Made by a program: the position numbers and the translations under genes. Below, piece after piece: positions 18,234 to 28,447 of a stretch of DNA of 64,000 bases. Positions within the stretch are counted from its first letter, which is position 1; the number at the start of each line of letters is the position of its first letter. The DNA lies in NCBI GenBank assembly GCA_965197905.1, contig CBDAOB010000005.1, positions 320,001 to 384,000 of the forward strand. Direction: 5' to 3'. This DNA comes from Candidatus Latescibacterota bacterium. GTDB taxonomy: Bacteria > Latescibacterota > UBA2968 > UBA8231. Under the pieces are notes generated by a model, which saw nothing but the letters and a program-made list of their open reading frames with translations, had not been told where the DNA came from and searched no databases.

Positions 18234-19565
18234 CTATTCTTCCGCAATGCAATAGAGACTTCGTTCGCCCCGGAGGAACAGTTCACGCCCGGCCAAGGCG
18301 GCTGAGGCGCTGAAGCTGTCATCCAGCTGGTTGATGGCGAGGACCCTGGGATGGTCATCGTGACTCAATACCAGCGTTGCTCCGTCGCGGTCGGTGATGT
18401 AGACCCGGTTCGCCGCGCCTACAGGTGAAGCGAACACATTGCTGATGCCATTCAGCCGCATCGGACCTGGCCGGTCTTGGCCCGACCGGGCGTCGACGCG
18501 GGTCAGAACGTTTTGGAAGTGCCGGATAAAGTAGAGGGAATCCCCATAGAGCAGCGGTGAGGGCACGTAAGGCGCTCCTCTAGCACGTTTCCAAACGACC
18601 TGCTTGGTCCCTGTAATGTCACCTTTGGCGCCGGCGAGCTGAATGGCAAGCATGCCCTGCCGGTCGTAGCTGCTTCCTGCATACACCATGCCGCTCCCGG
18701 TAATCGGGGTGGCGACTACGTTTTCCAGCGACAGCCCGTCGCATTTCCAGATGACTTCGCCATTGGCCAGGTCGTAGCTTTGGACGCGCCCCGAGCCGCT
18801 GATGATCACCTGTGGTCTGTCGCCGTGCTCGACAATAATGGGTGTGGACCAGGACGAAACCGCGTCCCGTGAAACCTTCCAACGCTCCTTCCCAGTACGT
18901 TTGTCGAACGCCAAGAGATAGGACTGGCCTTCGTGATCCCAATTGACCACGAGGGTTTCTGCATGAAGAGCGGGCGAGCTGCCTTCGCCATGCCCATGCA
19001 TCATCTGTTTGCGGCCGAGGTCCCGCTCCCAAAGCAACGCCCCTTCGAGGCTCATACCATACAGACCGAACGATCCAAAAAATGCGAACAAGTGCTCACC
19101 GTCTGTAACTGAGGAGTTAGAGGCAAGGCTCGCGGTGACATGGCCGCCGAAGTCAGGCAATTCCTCCCGCAGAGTACGTTCCCAAACGATCTCGCCGTTG
19201 CGGCGGTTGATCGCCATAACCATAAACCGGTGCCTACGCGTTACTGCAAGTTCATCATGCGCTCCTGAGATGCCGCTGAAGCCTGGTTCCAGAGTCTTGC
19301 CAAATGGAACCGCCGCCGTAACAAAGACCCGCTCGCCCCAGATGATCGGAGTCCCGTGCCCTTTGCCCGGCAACTCGATTTTCCAGCGGATGTTCCGCTC
19401 CTCACTCCATTCGATCGGAGGGGTGGCATGTGAAGCAACGCCGTTGCCCGGGAACCCGCGCCACTGAGGCCAGTATTGAGCGACACCGGACCCACCGTCC
19501 GCGTCGATTGCGGCCGCCGACCCGACCGCGACTAGACAAACGAATACAGAAAACTGTTTTTTCAT
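18234..19565 (-). CDS. PQQ-binding-like (BamB-like) beta-propeller protein
   Basis: Signal peptide, WPQWRG, WKIELPG, SSP, WSTP, YVPSP, RGERSLYCI. Confidence 0.85.
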   Translation of the reverse strand: MKKQFSVFVCLVAVGSAAAIDADGGSGVAQYWPQWRGFPGNGVASHATPPIEWSEERNIRWKIELPGKGHGTPIIWGERVFVTAAVPFGKTLEPGFSGISGAHDELAVTRRHRFMVMAINRRNGEIVWERTLREELPDFGGHVTASLASNSSVTDGEHLFAFFGSFGLYGMSLEGALLWERDLGRKQMMHGHGEGSSPALHAETLVVNWDHEGQSYLLAFDKRTGKERWKVSRDAVSSWSTPIIVEHGDRPQVIISGSGRVQSYDLANGEVIWKCDGLSLENVVATPITGSGMVYAGSSYDRQGMLAIQLAGAKGDITGTKQVVWKRARGAPYVPSPLLYGDSLYFIRHFQNVLTRVDARSGQDRPGPMRLNGISNVFASPVGAANRVYITDRDGATLVLSHDDHPRVLAINQLDDSFSASAALAGRELFLRGERSLYCIAEE

Positions 19566-19779
19566 TGGATGCACACCCCACTACGGGAATGAAGGCGAAG
19601 GTGTGACCCGCGACAAGGCGCGGGTGCCGCAATCAGTGTCAGTTGCGTGTATTGAGAGAATATGTCCCTCAGGGATCTGTCCGACCGCGCCGCCAACTTG
19701 CTTTGATCCGAATTAGACACATTTTTCCGGTACCAGGAACACTGTCTTTTCGGCCTCCTTCCCAAAGGTTTTCTTTGTT

Positions 19780-20448
19780 ATGTGCGGCCGTATTTCACTC
19801 AGACAAAACACGGTCGACCTCCCTCAACTGCGTTCCCTGCAGCTGGAGTTGTGTTACAACGTACCACCCACGGCCATGGTACCGATTCTCCGCGTCCGCC
19901 ACGATGAGAAGGAATACGCAGCGGCTAAGTGGGGTTTGATTCCGTTCTGGGCTAAGGATCACAAGATCGGCTACAAGACCATCAACGCCCGTGCGGAAAC
20001 GGTGGGCGAGAAGCCGGCGTTCAAGGAGGCTTTCAATCGTCGGCGTTGCTTCGTGGTGGCGGACGGCTACTACGAGTGGAAGCGGGAAGGGAAGGCGAAG
20101 CAACCTTTCCACATCCGCCGCGCCGACGATCAACCGTTCTTCTTCTTTGGATTGTGGGAGAGTTGGCGTGGACCGAAGGAAGAGAGGTTCGAGGAGTCCC
20201 TGCATACATGCACCATCATCACCACATCCGCCAACGAACTCACGGCGCCGATCCATGACCGCATGCCGGTGGTGTGCGACATGGACGCCGAGTGCGTCGA
20301 GCCCTGGCTGGATCCGGAATTCGAAGACTTCAACTACTTGGAATCGCTACTGGGGCCCTACGAGGGGGACGACCTGGTGACCGTGCCGGTGAGCAGCTTC
20401 GTCAATAACGCGGCAAACGACGGCCCGGAGTGTGTGCAGCCAGTCTGA
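19780..20448 (+). CDS. SOS response-associated peptidase (SRAP/YedK/HMCES family)
   Basis: N-terminal MCGR, WGLIPFWAKD, INARAET, GYYEW, IHDRMPV. Confidence 0.95.
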   Translation: MCGRISLRQNTVDLPQLRSLQLELCYNVPPTAMVPILRVRHDEKEYAAAKWGLIPFWAKDHKIGYKTINARAETVGEKPAFKEAFNRRRCFVVADGYYEWKREGKAKQPFHIRRADDQPFFFFGLWESWRGPKEERFEESLHTCTIITTSANELTAPIHDRMPVVCDMDAECVEPWLDPEFEDFNYLESLLGPYEGDDLVTVPVSSFVNNAANDGPECVQPV

Positions 20449-20489
20449 TGTATAGAAGGTCACATTAGTCGTGTCCGAGTGAGCTCGCG

Positions 20490-21110
20490 TTGACGAAACC
20501 TCAAGGCCGGATGCTGCCTGTCCTCTCCCCGCTTCCCTTGATTCAACAAGCCTCGCCTTTCAGCGATTCCGACTGGCTGTTCGAGGTCAAATACGATGGC
20601 TGGCGGAGCCTCGCCTACATCGAAGACGGTAAATGCCGGTTGGTGTCACGCAACGGCAACACCTTCCAGCGGTTCAGGCAAGTCTCGAAAGCTCTATGCG
20701 ACTTACGGTGCGAAGCGATCCTGGACGGAGAAATTGCCTGCGTTGACGACACTGGCCTACCACAATTCAACGATCTGATGTTCGGGAGTGCGCCGGCGCG
20801 CTTCTTTGCGTTCGACGTACTGTTTCTCGACGGCGAGGACCTTCGAGACCAGCCTTGCGTCGAACGGAAAAAGATACTACAGGAACGGGTCAACGGCGAC
20901 ATCCAGCGACTGCATTACGTGGAGCATATCGCCGAATTAGGAGAGCAGTTGTTCGATCAGATCTGCGAGCGGGATATGGAGGGCATCGTGGCGAAGCCCA
21001 AGGATAGTCCGTACCGGGAGATTCGTGGGAAAACTCCGTGGAGAAAGATCAAGAACCCGGACTATTCGCAGGTCGAAGGCAGGGGAGAGCTATTTCAGCA
21101 AGATCGCTGA
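20490..21110 (+). CDS. ATP-dependent DNA ligase-like protein, nucleotidyltransferase domain only
   Basis: Motifs I EVKYDGWR, III LDGEI, IIIa FAFDVL, IV EGIVAK, V WRKIK. The protein ends 18 aa after motif V. Confidence 0.85.
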   Translation: MTKPQGRMLPVLSPLPLIQQASPFSDSDWLFEVKYDGWRSLAYIEDGKCRLVSRNGNTFQRFRQVSKALCDLRCEAILDGEIACVDDTGLPQFNDLMFGSAPARFFAFDVLFLDGEDLRDQPCVERKKILQERVNGDIQRLHYVEHIAELGEQLFDQICERDMEGIVAKPKDSPYREIRGKTPWRKIKNPDYSQVEGRGELFQQDR

Positions 21111-21599
21111 GACGGGCGGGTTGTGGGAAATGTTTGATGCTGGGACGCACCTAACGAAGTCCGATCCGACAACGACTTCCCACCCATTGCTCAGCGCGAT
21201 CAGGTTGGCGATCGTCTCCAGGCCGTTGCCTAGGGCGCTTCCAAACGCGATCGAGAATAGGTCAGACCGGATCTCAACCTCTTGGGCGCCACTGGCAAAT
21301 TCGGTGCGGATCTCTTGTATCAATTCATGCACGCATGCAAGTTACGGCGTGGAAGTGGAATATTCCAAAGTAATTCTTCGAGATTGTTGTCGATTACCTA
21401 TTGTTTTTTGTCCAAAAAGTCTACTCAGAAAGTCGACGAGCTGCGTATCACCATCCGGGAAATGATGGCCAAGACTATGAAAGACGTTGACTTTCGAGGA
21501 GAATGCGCCGAAGACGGAACACACGCGGCCGGCTCCAAGATTAGACACCTCAACACTCCGACTTCGAACCGCACAGCAACGGAAGGAGTAGTACGCCAA
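21090..21599 (-). pseudogene. Possible degraded gene of unknown function
   Basis: ORFs 21342-21599 and 21090-21332 are in one frame separated by a single TAA. Locally AT-richer. Confidence 0.25.
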
Positions 21600-23218
21600 T
21601 GACTCATTCAGCTACACATGTCGGATGGAAAGCCGTAAGCAAGACGGGCGCGGTCGCCGCGGGCGGCGCGCGGGCGGTGGAGGCGGGGATCGACATTCTG
21701 GAGAGAGGTGGTAATGCGGCCGACTCGGCGGCAGCCACGATTCTGGCCCTGCAGATAACTGATCATGGCGCCTGCTGCATTGGCGGAGAGGTGCCCGTGT
21801 TGATCTACGATTCGGGGAATCGGGAGGTGAAGTCGCTCAGCGGCATGGGTCGGGCGCCGTTGTCTCAGGATGCGATCGACTGGTACATGGCGAACGGGAT
21901 TCCCGGCGACGGAGATATCAAGATGGCGCCGGTGCCATCGGTCGTTGATCTGTGCACGACTTTGCTGCAGCGCTATGGCACAAAGAGCTTTGAGGAGGTG
22001 GTTGGGGCGACGCTGGTGTTGCTGGACGAGGGTGGGGAGGACTGGCACCCCAATCTGGCCAAGACGCTGCGGCGTATGGTCGAGTCGGAGCAGCAGACCG
22101 GTGGCAGCCGCGAGGAGAAGCTGCAGGCGGCCAGCGACCGGTTCTATGGGCGCGACGGCGCGATCGGTGACGTCGCCGATGAGATCGAGGCCTTCTGGAT
22201 AGAGCGGGGTGGTTTTCTGCGCCGGGCAGACCTCGCTGCCCACGAGACACTGATCGAGGACCCGGTATCGGCTGACTACCGCGGGTATCAAGTGTATAAA
22301 TGCGGGCCGTGGACGCAGGGACCGTATCTGTGCCAGGCGTTGCGTTTGCTGGAGGGTTTCGACGTGAAGGGGATGGGGCAGTTCTCGGCGGACCACTTCC
22401 ACGTCATGGCCGAGGCGCTCAAGCTGGCCATGGCCGATCGCGATGCCTATTACGGCGATCCTAACTTCGTCGATGTGCCACTGGCAGCGTTGTTGTCGGA
22501 TGCCTACACCCAGATCCGCCGGCCACTCATCGACTTGGCGAAGGCCTCAATGGAGGCGCGCCCCGGCGATCCGTTGGCGATGAGGGCGCTAAGGGAAGGA
22601 GAGGCTGTCTTCAGGCCGGGGAGCGGCGGCACAACGACCTGTGTGGTCGCCGACCGCTGGGGCAACGTGGTCTCGGCGACACCAAGTGCGAATGTTGCCC
22701 CCAAGGGGGGTGCCCAGGCCGGTGTAACCTATGGCAATCGTCTGCGCAGTCTCAATACGACCCCTGGGCACCCCAACTGCATCGCGGCCGGCAAGCGTCC
22801 CCGCATCACGCTCACGCCAACGCTGGTGCTGAAAGACAATCGACCGGTTCTGGCCATCAGCGTCGCAGGCGCCGACCGCCAGGACCAAGCGGCGCTGAAC
22901 CTGATTTTGGACCACATCGATTTCGGCATGCAGCCTGAGCAGGCGGTGACAGCGCCGCGCTTCGCCACGACTCACCACGAGGACTCGTTCGATCCCAATC
23001 CGAACCGGCAGGAGACGTTCGGTGAGGTGGGGTCGCTGAACATCAACAGTGTCGACGCGGGGATTCGAAAGGAGTTGGCCAAGCGGGGACATAAGGTCGT
23101 GGCTGTGGAAGGCGCGATCGCCACGCCAGTGATGCTGCATATCGACCATGAGAGCGGTCTGATTTCGGCTGCCGGCGACCCGGCAGCGCGACGGCATGCG
23201 GCGGGGTTGTGCGGGTGA
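21599..23218 (+). CDS. ggt: Gamma-glutamyltransferase family protein (Ntn hydrolase)
   Basis: GGNAAD, IGGE, ADRDAYYGDP, nucleophile region GTTTCVVADRWGN, GKRP, APRF. Confidence 0.9.
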   Translation: MTHSATHVGWKAVSKTGAVAAGGARAVEAGIDILERGGNAADSAAATILALQITDHGACCIGGEVPVLIYDSGNREVKSLSGMGRAPLSQDAIDWYMANGIPGDGDIKMAPVPSVVDLCTTLLQRYGTKSFEEVVGATLVLLDEGGEDWHPNLAKTLRRMVESEQQTGGSREEKLQAASDRFYGRDGAIGDVADEIEAFWIERGGFLRRADLAAHETLIEDPVSADYRGYQVYKCGPWTQGPYLCQALRLLEGFDVKGMGQFSADHFHVMAEALKLAMADRDAYYGDPNFVDVPLAALLSDAYTQIRRPLIDLAKASMEARPGDPLAMRALREGEAVFRPGSGGTTTCVVADRWGNVVSATPSANVAPKGGAQAGVTYGNRLRSLNTTPGHPNCIAAGKRPRITLTPTLVLKDNRPVLAISVAGADRQDQAALNLILDHIDFGMQPEQAVTAPRFATTHHEDSFDPNPNRQETFGEVGSLNINSVDAGIRKELAKRGHKVVAVEGAIATPVMLHIDHESGLISAAGDPAARRHAAGLCG

Positions 23219-23465
23219 TATTTTGGAGAGCGGCGACTACCGTAGCCGGCCATGAGCATCTTGCGCATTCAGTGAAATCGGCCACTTGTTCCGCGTTGCC
23301 AGAGCTTCCTCAAGCGGTTTCTTCTTTGACTTTTTGACCATGGCAGATCCACTGGTATCAGATGCGACACCGACGCGGCTGTGCGTTTGCAGGCTGCTCT
23401 AAAATATACTAAGTACCTCTGAACTGTACTAACCCGCCGGTTGGGCATGTAAGAGGAATGCAGTC

Positions 23466-24359
23466 ATGACAGATCAAGAAATCAAGGAATCCTACGAGCG
23501 TGATGGCTACGTCGTGGTCAGAGACCTCATCGATTCCGGCGATTTAGATCCCATCCGCGACTTCATCAAGGCCCGGGTCGATGACTATGCCCGCGAGCAA
23601 CACGCCCAGGGCAAGCTCTCGTCGCTCTATGAGGACGCGTCTTTCGAGCGCCGCTATGCCGCAATTTGCGAGGAACAGGAAATTTCGCCGCGCAACTGGA
23701 GTTTCGGCTCCTTTGGCCGCGAATTTTACCGCCTCTACAACCTCTCGGGTATCCGTCACGTCATCAGTCTCATCCTGGGCCCTGAAGTTTCGAATCTCGG
23801 CGTTGCAGCCTTGAGGACAAAGCTTCCCGGAAGCGTGGTAACCTCGTTTCCCTGGCATCAGGACAGCCAGTACATCGACCAGTCCACGATTGGACAAATG
23901 GAACGGCACACAGAGCATCTGCAGATGATCACGGTGTGGGTGCCTCTGGTCGAGGCTACCGTCGAAAACGGCTGTTGCTGGGTGATTCCAGGTAGCTACC
24001 GTTGGGGTTTGTTGGACGGAGCTCGGGGTGAAGATTCAAACATTCGGATGGAGGAAGACGCTGAAGCCCGCGGCACTCCGGTCCCGGTTCCTCTCAAGCC
24101 AGGAGGCGCCCTGTTCATGTCGAACCTCTGCGTACACACAAGCAAACCCAACGCCACCCAGGAATGCCGCTGGAGCATCGACTTCCGCTACTTTCCCACA
24201 CCGGACCGGGCGGCCCTGACCCCCGAGCAACGCAAGGGGGCGGAATTCGTGCAAAGCAGGTGTATGCAGAGCTTCTCGGCTCCGCTCATCGTTCTCAGCG
24301 AAGGGCACAAACCCACCTGGGAAGAGTGGGAAGCCGAGGTTCTCAAGCAGACGACGTAA
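23466..24359 (+). CDS. Phytanoyl-CoA dioxygenase (PhyH) family protein
   Basis: YERDGY, WHQD, TVWVPL, NGC..VIPGS, HTS, RWSIDFRY. Confidence 0.9.
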   Translation: MTDQEIKESYERDGYVVVRDLIDSGDLDPIRDFIKARVDDYAREQHAQGKLSSLYEDASFERRYAAICEEQEISPRNWSFGSFGREFYRLYNLSGIRHVISLILGPEVSNLGVAALRTKLPGSVVTSFPWHQDSQYIDQSTIGQMERHTEHLQMITVWVPLVEATVENGCCWVIPGSYRWGLLDGARGEDSNIRMEEDAEARGTPVPVPLKPGGALFMSNLCVHTSKPNATQECRWSIDFRYFPTPDRAALTPEQRKGAEFVQSRCMQSFSAPLIVLSEGHKPTWEEWEAEVLKQTT

Positions 24360-24524
24360 TAGAATGATTACAAGTTTCGACTACTTTTTCGGCGGACACA
24401 TAGAAAATGCGACAACTCGGGTTCGCCGGCATCCCCATCTCCGCCGAGTGTGCTGCGCCAGGAGATCGAGACATTTGGCCTAGAAGTAATGCCGAAATTT
24501 CCCGCTGCCAGGAGGTGATCGACA

Positions 24525-25322
24525 ATGACGGAACGATGCCGGATCAACAAAACGAAATCCTCCCTTTTGCGGGGGGAAACTGTGCTCATCGCCGAGGTCA
24601 ACCGGATGTTCAATCCCGTGGTGACGGAGGTGATCGCCCAGGCGGGTTTTACGAGCGTATGGTATGACATGGAGCACAGCCACCTCGACGTCGACACCCT
24701 GTCGACGATGATACTGGCAGCCCGCACCGTAGACGTGGAGGTCTTCGTCCGCATCCCTCACGGTCCCTACAACACTGTCATCAAACCTCTGGAGATGGGG
24801 GCGGCAGGCCTGATATGGCCCCATTGCAGAAGCGTAGACGAAGCCAAGGAGTTCGTGCGCATGGCGAAATTCCGGCCTTTGGGCTTGCGCGGCGTGGGTG
24901 GCGGCAGAGACAGCGGCTACGGCACGGTTGAGCTGGCAGAATATCTCGACCGCGCCAATGCCGAGACGCTGCTGGGGGTCATGATCGAAGACGCTGAAGG
25001 AGTAGAGGAGGTGGATGAAATTGCTGCCCTGGACGGGATCGACCTGCTGTTTGTGGGGCACGGAGACCTGGCTCACAGTTACGGTGTCGAGCGCGATGGA
25101 GGTCATGCTATCATGCAGCCCCGAGTTCTCGAGGCTTTCGACCGGGTCGGCGCAGCGTGCCGCAGGCACGGCAAGGTCATGGGAACGGCCGCCGGCCCCG
25201 GTGAACAGATGACTCAGGTGGTAGAGAGGGGAGCTCGCTGGCTCAACTGCTGTCACGACACCGAGGCGGTCAGGAACGGTTACAGCCAAGCTCGCAATGA
25301 AGCTGAGGCGCTCGTCGGCTAG
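24525..25322 (+). CDS. HpcH/HpaI aldolase family protein
   Basis: DMEH, VRIP, RPLGLRG, MIE, GIDLLFVGHGDL. Confidence 0.9.
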   Translation: MTERCRINKTKSSLLRGETVLIAEVNRMFNPVVTEVIAQAGFTSVWYDMEHSHLDVDTLSTMILAARTVDVEVFVRIPHGPYNTVIKPLEMGAAGLIWPHCRSVDEAKEFVRMAKFRPLGLRGVGGGRDSGYGTVELAEYLDRANAETLLGVMIEDAEGVEEVDEIAALDGIDLLFVGHGDLAHSYGVERDGGHAIMQPRVLEAFDRVGAACRRHGKVMGTAAGPGEQMTQVVERGARWLNCCHDTEAVRNGYSQARNEAEALVG

Positions 25323-25410
25323 CTGGCACGCCGTTTGATCGAGCTCGTCACCGAAGAGAAGCCCGATTTTGTCATCAATGGCGGCGATCACAGCAACGGT
25401 GCGGTGAACC
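25323..25410 (+). pseudogene. Fragment resembling a calcineurin-like metallophosphoesterase
   Basis: Translates LARRLIELVTEEKPDFVINGGDHSNG. No start codon or other motifs. Confidence 0.45.
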
Positions 25411-25498
25411 GCGCGTCAAGCCGCCTGGATGACGGACACTGGGAAAACACCCCTTACTGGAATCCGCAACCCACAAGAGTGCGACAGAAGGAGTCCTC

Positions 25499-26680
25499 AT
25501 GACACGTTCTACGCCCAAGCTTACAGATCTACGTCACATAAAGGTATGCTACAGCAAGGAAACCTACTGCGGTCATATTAGTCAGGGTGGCATCTACAAT
25601 TTCGGCAATGGAGAGATTGCCATGATTCACACGCACGCCCCCTGCACGTATGACACCTCTGATTCGGTCAACCACGGAGTCTATGGCAAACCCGGTGTGC
25701 ATTTGCTGCAGCGCTCGCTCGACCATGGCGACACCTGGAGCCGTGACCACGACGTGGTGGTATGGGACAATGCGACCCCGCACGGGGAAAAGGTGGCAAT
25801 CCATCAGAAGGCCGAGGAGCCCGGGGTCGAGCGTGAGAGTATCGACCTGAGCAGTCCCGACACGGCTATCTGGTTCCAGCGCTTTGGGACCGAGGGCAAG
25901 AAGGACGCCCGTGGCAATCAGATGCACGAGTGTTACGCCTTTCGCTCCGCAGACCGGGGCCACACATGGGAGCAGGTGCCCACCCGCCTGAAGCCACCGC
26001 ATGGGTATGATTACCCGCTGGTTGACGGGTATCCGCCTGTCCGTTTCCCCGATGGCACCTTCGCCGTAGCGGTCGATATGGACCAGTATCATGTGGCTGT
26101 ATACGGCACCGATGACCACGGGCTCCACTGGCGCTACCTGGCACTGGTGGCTAGTGATCCTGACGAATGGGGGCGGATGTGTTATCCGCGTATGCTGCGG
26201 TTACCGGGAGGGAGGTTACAGTGCTACATGCTCAACCTGGCGGGCCGGCGCAACAATGTCATTGTGATGAGCTACTCTGACGACGGCGGTTTCAGCTGGA
26301 GCACGCCCAAATCGATCGTGGCGTGGGGGCAGTCGCCGTGGGCGCAGCTGAGCCGGGAGCATGTCTGCTCCGGTGCGATCCCGGGGCCGCCTTATCGCTC
26401 GCCCTGGCCGCTGCAGCTGCGTGATGGGCGCATCGCGGTGATTTTCGGCCGGAGAGTAGCACCCTACGGAATGGGGGTGATCGTGAGCGAGGACGAGGGA
26501 GCGACCTGGTCGGCGGAGGCGGTGATTCGGGCCGATGCCAGCGACTGGGACCTGGCTTATCCCGTGGCTACCCAGCTCGATGACGGGCGGATCTTTACGG
26601 CCTACTACTACATGCAGAATGACGGCAACAATCACGGTGGAACGCGTTTTATCGCGGGCAGCTCCTTCGGGCTGGATTAG
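25499..26680 (+). CDS. BNR/Asp-box repeat (sialidase-like) protein
   Basis: SLDHGDTW, SADRGHTW, SDDGGFSW, SEDEGATW, DLAYP..TAYY. Confidence 0.85.
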   Translation: MTRSTPKLTDLRHIKVCYSKETYCGHISQGGIYNFGNGEIAMIHTHAPCTYDTSDSVNHGVYGKPGVHLLQRSLDHGDTWSRDHDVVVWDNATPHGEKVAIHQKAEEPGVERESIDLSSPDTAIWFQRFGTEGKKDARGNQMHECYAFRSADRGHTWEQVPTRLKPPHGYDYPLVDGYPPVRFPDGTFAVAVDMDQYHVAVYGTDDHGLHWRYLALVASDPDEWGRMCYPRMLRLPGGRLQCYMLNLAGRRNNVIVMSYSDDGGFSWSTPKSIVAWGQSPWAQLSREHVCSGAIPGPPYRSPWPLQLRDGRIAVIFGRRVAPYGMGVIVSEDEGATWSAEAVIRADASDWDLAYPVATQLDDGRIFTAYYYMQNDGNNHGGTRFIAGSSFGLD

Positions 26681-26733
26681 CCACAGGGGCTCACCTTGAT
26701 CTACTCCAATACGTCGCTACGAAGGCGAATCTC

Positions 26734-27777
26734 ATGATTGTCAAGAAAGCCGATGAGCTTCGCGACTTGGTCAGGAAGATATTCCTGGCAGCGGGCGCAG
26801 ACGAGCCAAACGCGAATGTCGTCGCCGAGCATCTGGTGCTGGCAAACCTGAGCGGCGTCGACACTCACGGGGTCATACATGTGCCGATGTATGTGGATAA
26901 CGTCCGCAAAGAGCAGATTGTGCCCACGGCTTGGCCGGAAATAATCGGCGAGAGCCCGCCGAGTGTGCGCGTCTCCGGCAACTGGACCTTCGGGCAGGTC
27001 GCGGCGAAGTACACGATGGAGGTGGTGATCCAGAAGGCTAAGGAGCAGGGTATTGCCGTCGGCGGACTCGTGGAGTCGAACCACATCGGACGGTTGGGTC
27101 ATTTTGTAGAGATGGCCACACCCCAGGGTTTGATCGCCATGGTGTGGGGGGGCGGGTACGGCGCGGAAACTCCGGTCGCCGTGCCCTTCGGCGGGAAGGA
27201 ACGAGTCCTGTCTACGAATCCGCTGGCGTTTGGATTTCCCACAAGCGACGGGAACCGAATGATGTTCGACTTCGCAACCACAGCGCTTTCTGGAGTGAAG
27301 GTGCGGAACGCCCAGCGAAGGAACGATTCCCTGCCGCCCGGCTCTATCGTGGACAAGGACGGGAATCCGAGCACCGACCCGAAGGATTTCGAAAACGGCG
27401 GCGCGCTGCCCTTCGGCGGCCACAAGGGATATGGCCTGATGATGGCGGCGGAGTTTCTGGGCCGCATCTTCACCGGCGCGGACGACCATGCGGATCCGAA
27501 CCGAGGCGGACCGATCTTCAGGCGCCAGGGGGTCACGATGATCGCTTTCAAGGCGGATCAATTCCAAACCATGGCAAACTATTCGAACCGGGCCGAGGAG
27601 ATGGTGAACCGGGTGAGGGAGGTCCCGCCGGCGCCCGGTTTCGAGGCGGTGCTCGCGCCGGGGGATCCCGAAGCGATGACGCGGGCGCTTCGAGAGCAAG
27701 AGGGGATTCCAATCGACGAGGATATCTGGCAGACCATTTCAGAGACTGCAGAATCGCTGAGTGTTGATCTAGACTGA
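26734..27777 (+). CDS. Ldh_2 family oxidoreductase (malate/lactate/ureidoglycolate/sulfolactate dehydrogenase type)
   Basis: GVDTHG, SNHIGRLG, STNP, DFATT, PFGGHKGYGL. Confidence 0.92.
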   Translation: MIVKKADELRDLVRKIFLAAGADEPNANVVAEHLVLANLSGVDTHGVIHVPMYVDNVRKEQIVPTAWPEIIGESPPSVRVSGNWTFGQVAAKYTMEVVIQKAKEQGIAVGGLVESNHIGRLGHFVEMATPQGLIAMVWGGGYGAETPVAVPFGGKERVLSTNPLAFGFPTSDGNRMMFDFATTALSGVKVRNAQRRNDSLPPGSIVDKDGNPSTDPKDFENGGALPFGGHKGYGLMMAAEFLGRIFTGADDHADPNRGGPIFRRQGVTMIAFKADQFQTMANYSNRAEEMVNRVREVPPAPGFEAVLAPGDPEAMTRALREQEGIPIDEDIWQTISETAESLSVDLD

Positions 27778-27814
27778 GTTATTGCACGTTCGTCAGCCAC
27801 CTGGCGACGCACGC

Positions 27815-28433
27815 TCATTCCACGTCGAAAAACTGCCACCAGATCCGCTCGTCACCGGTGGCCTGCCATCGGCGAAACTGGGCTCCAGACAGTTTCACCC
27901 GCTTGTGGTCGTCGCTCAGCCACATCCAGATGCGGATAGTGAACTCGACTGCAGCAACGGGCCAGCCCGCAAACAGGGTCTCGACTTTGGCGCGATCACT
28001 TTCGTCAAAAGCCTCCATGGTGGCGTTGACGCTTTCTGTCACCCTCTCTCGATGGACGGGAACGGTACCCTGTTGTCGACGCAGGGCCGCAGCCATTACC
28101 GCCTTAGGTGCGTCTGCCGCCCGCTTGCCTTCTTCTTCTCCCGCCTGAGTCAGAATGAAGTTGCGGTGGAAGCGAACCCGATTGTCCGGAGACCGTTCCT
28201 CCCGGCCGGTGAACAGATCGACGGCATAGACCGCCGCCAACTCCTTGGCGATGAAGGCAGCACTCGGCACTGAGAACTGTCCCATGTATTCCATGAGGTG
28301 AGTGCGTTCGTCAGAGCTCAACTCCTCCAGCACCTGGTCGGCGCTGCGCCGGAATAGCTTTCTTCCACTCCCCATCCTCGGTCGACTGCTCGAGGTATTC
28401 AGCCAGGGCGGCTTCATATATTTCGTTGCTCAT
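27815..28433 (-). CDS. Hypothetical protein with an apparent +1 frameshift near 28360
   Basis: ATG 28433 gives MSNEIYEAALAEYLEQSTEDGEWKK. Removing one A joins it to LFRRSADQVLEEL of ORF 27815-28417. Confidence 0.55.
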
Positions 28434-28447
28434 TTCGATCTGCCCGG

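Noticed and set aside
19714..19750. Imperfect inverted repeat around GGTACC upstream of SRAP as a possible LexA box
   Set aside because: It does not match the LexA motifs I know (CTGT-N8-ACAG, GAAC-N4-GTTC).
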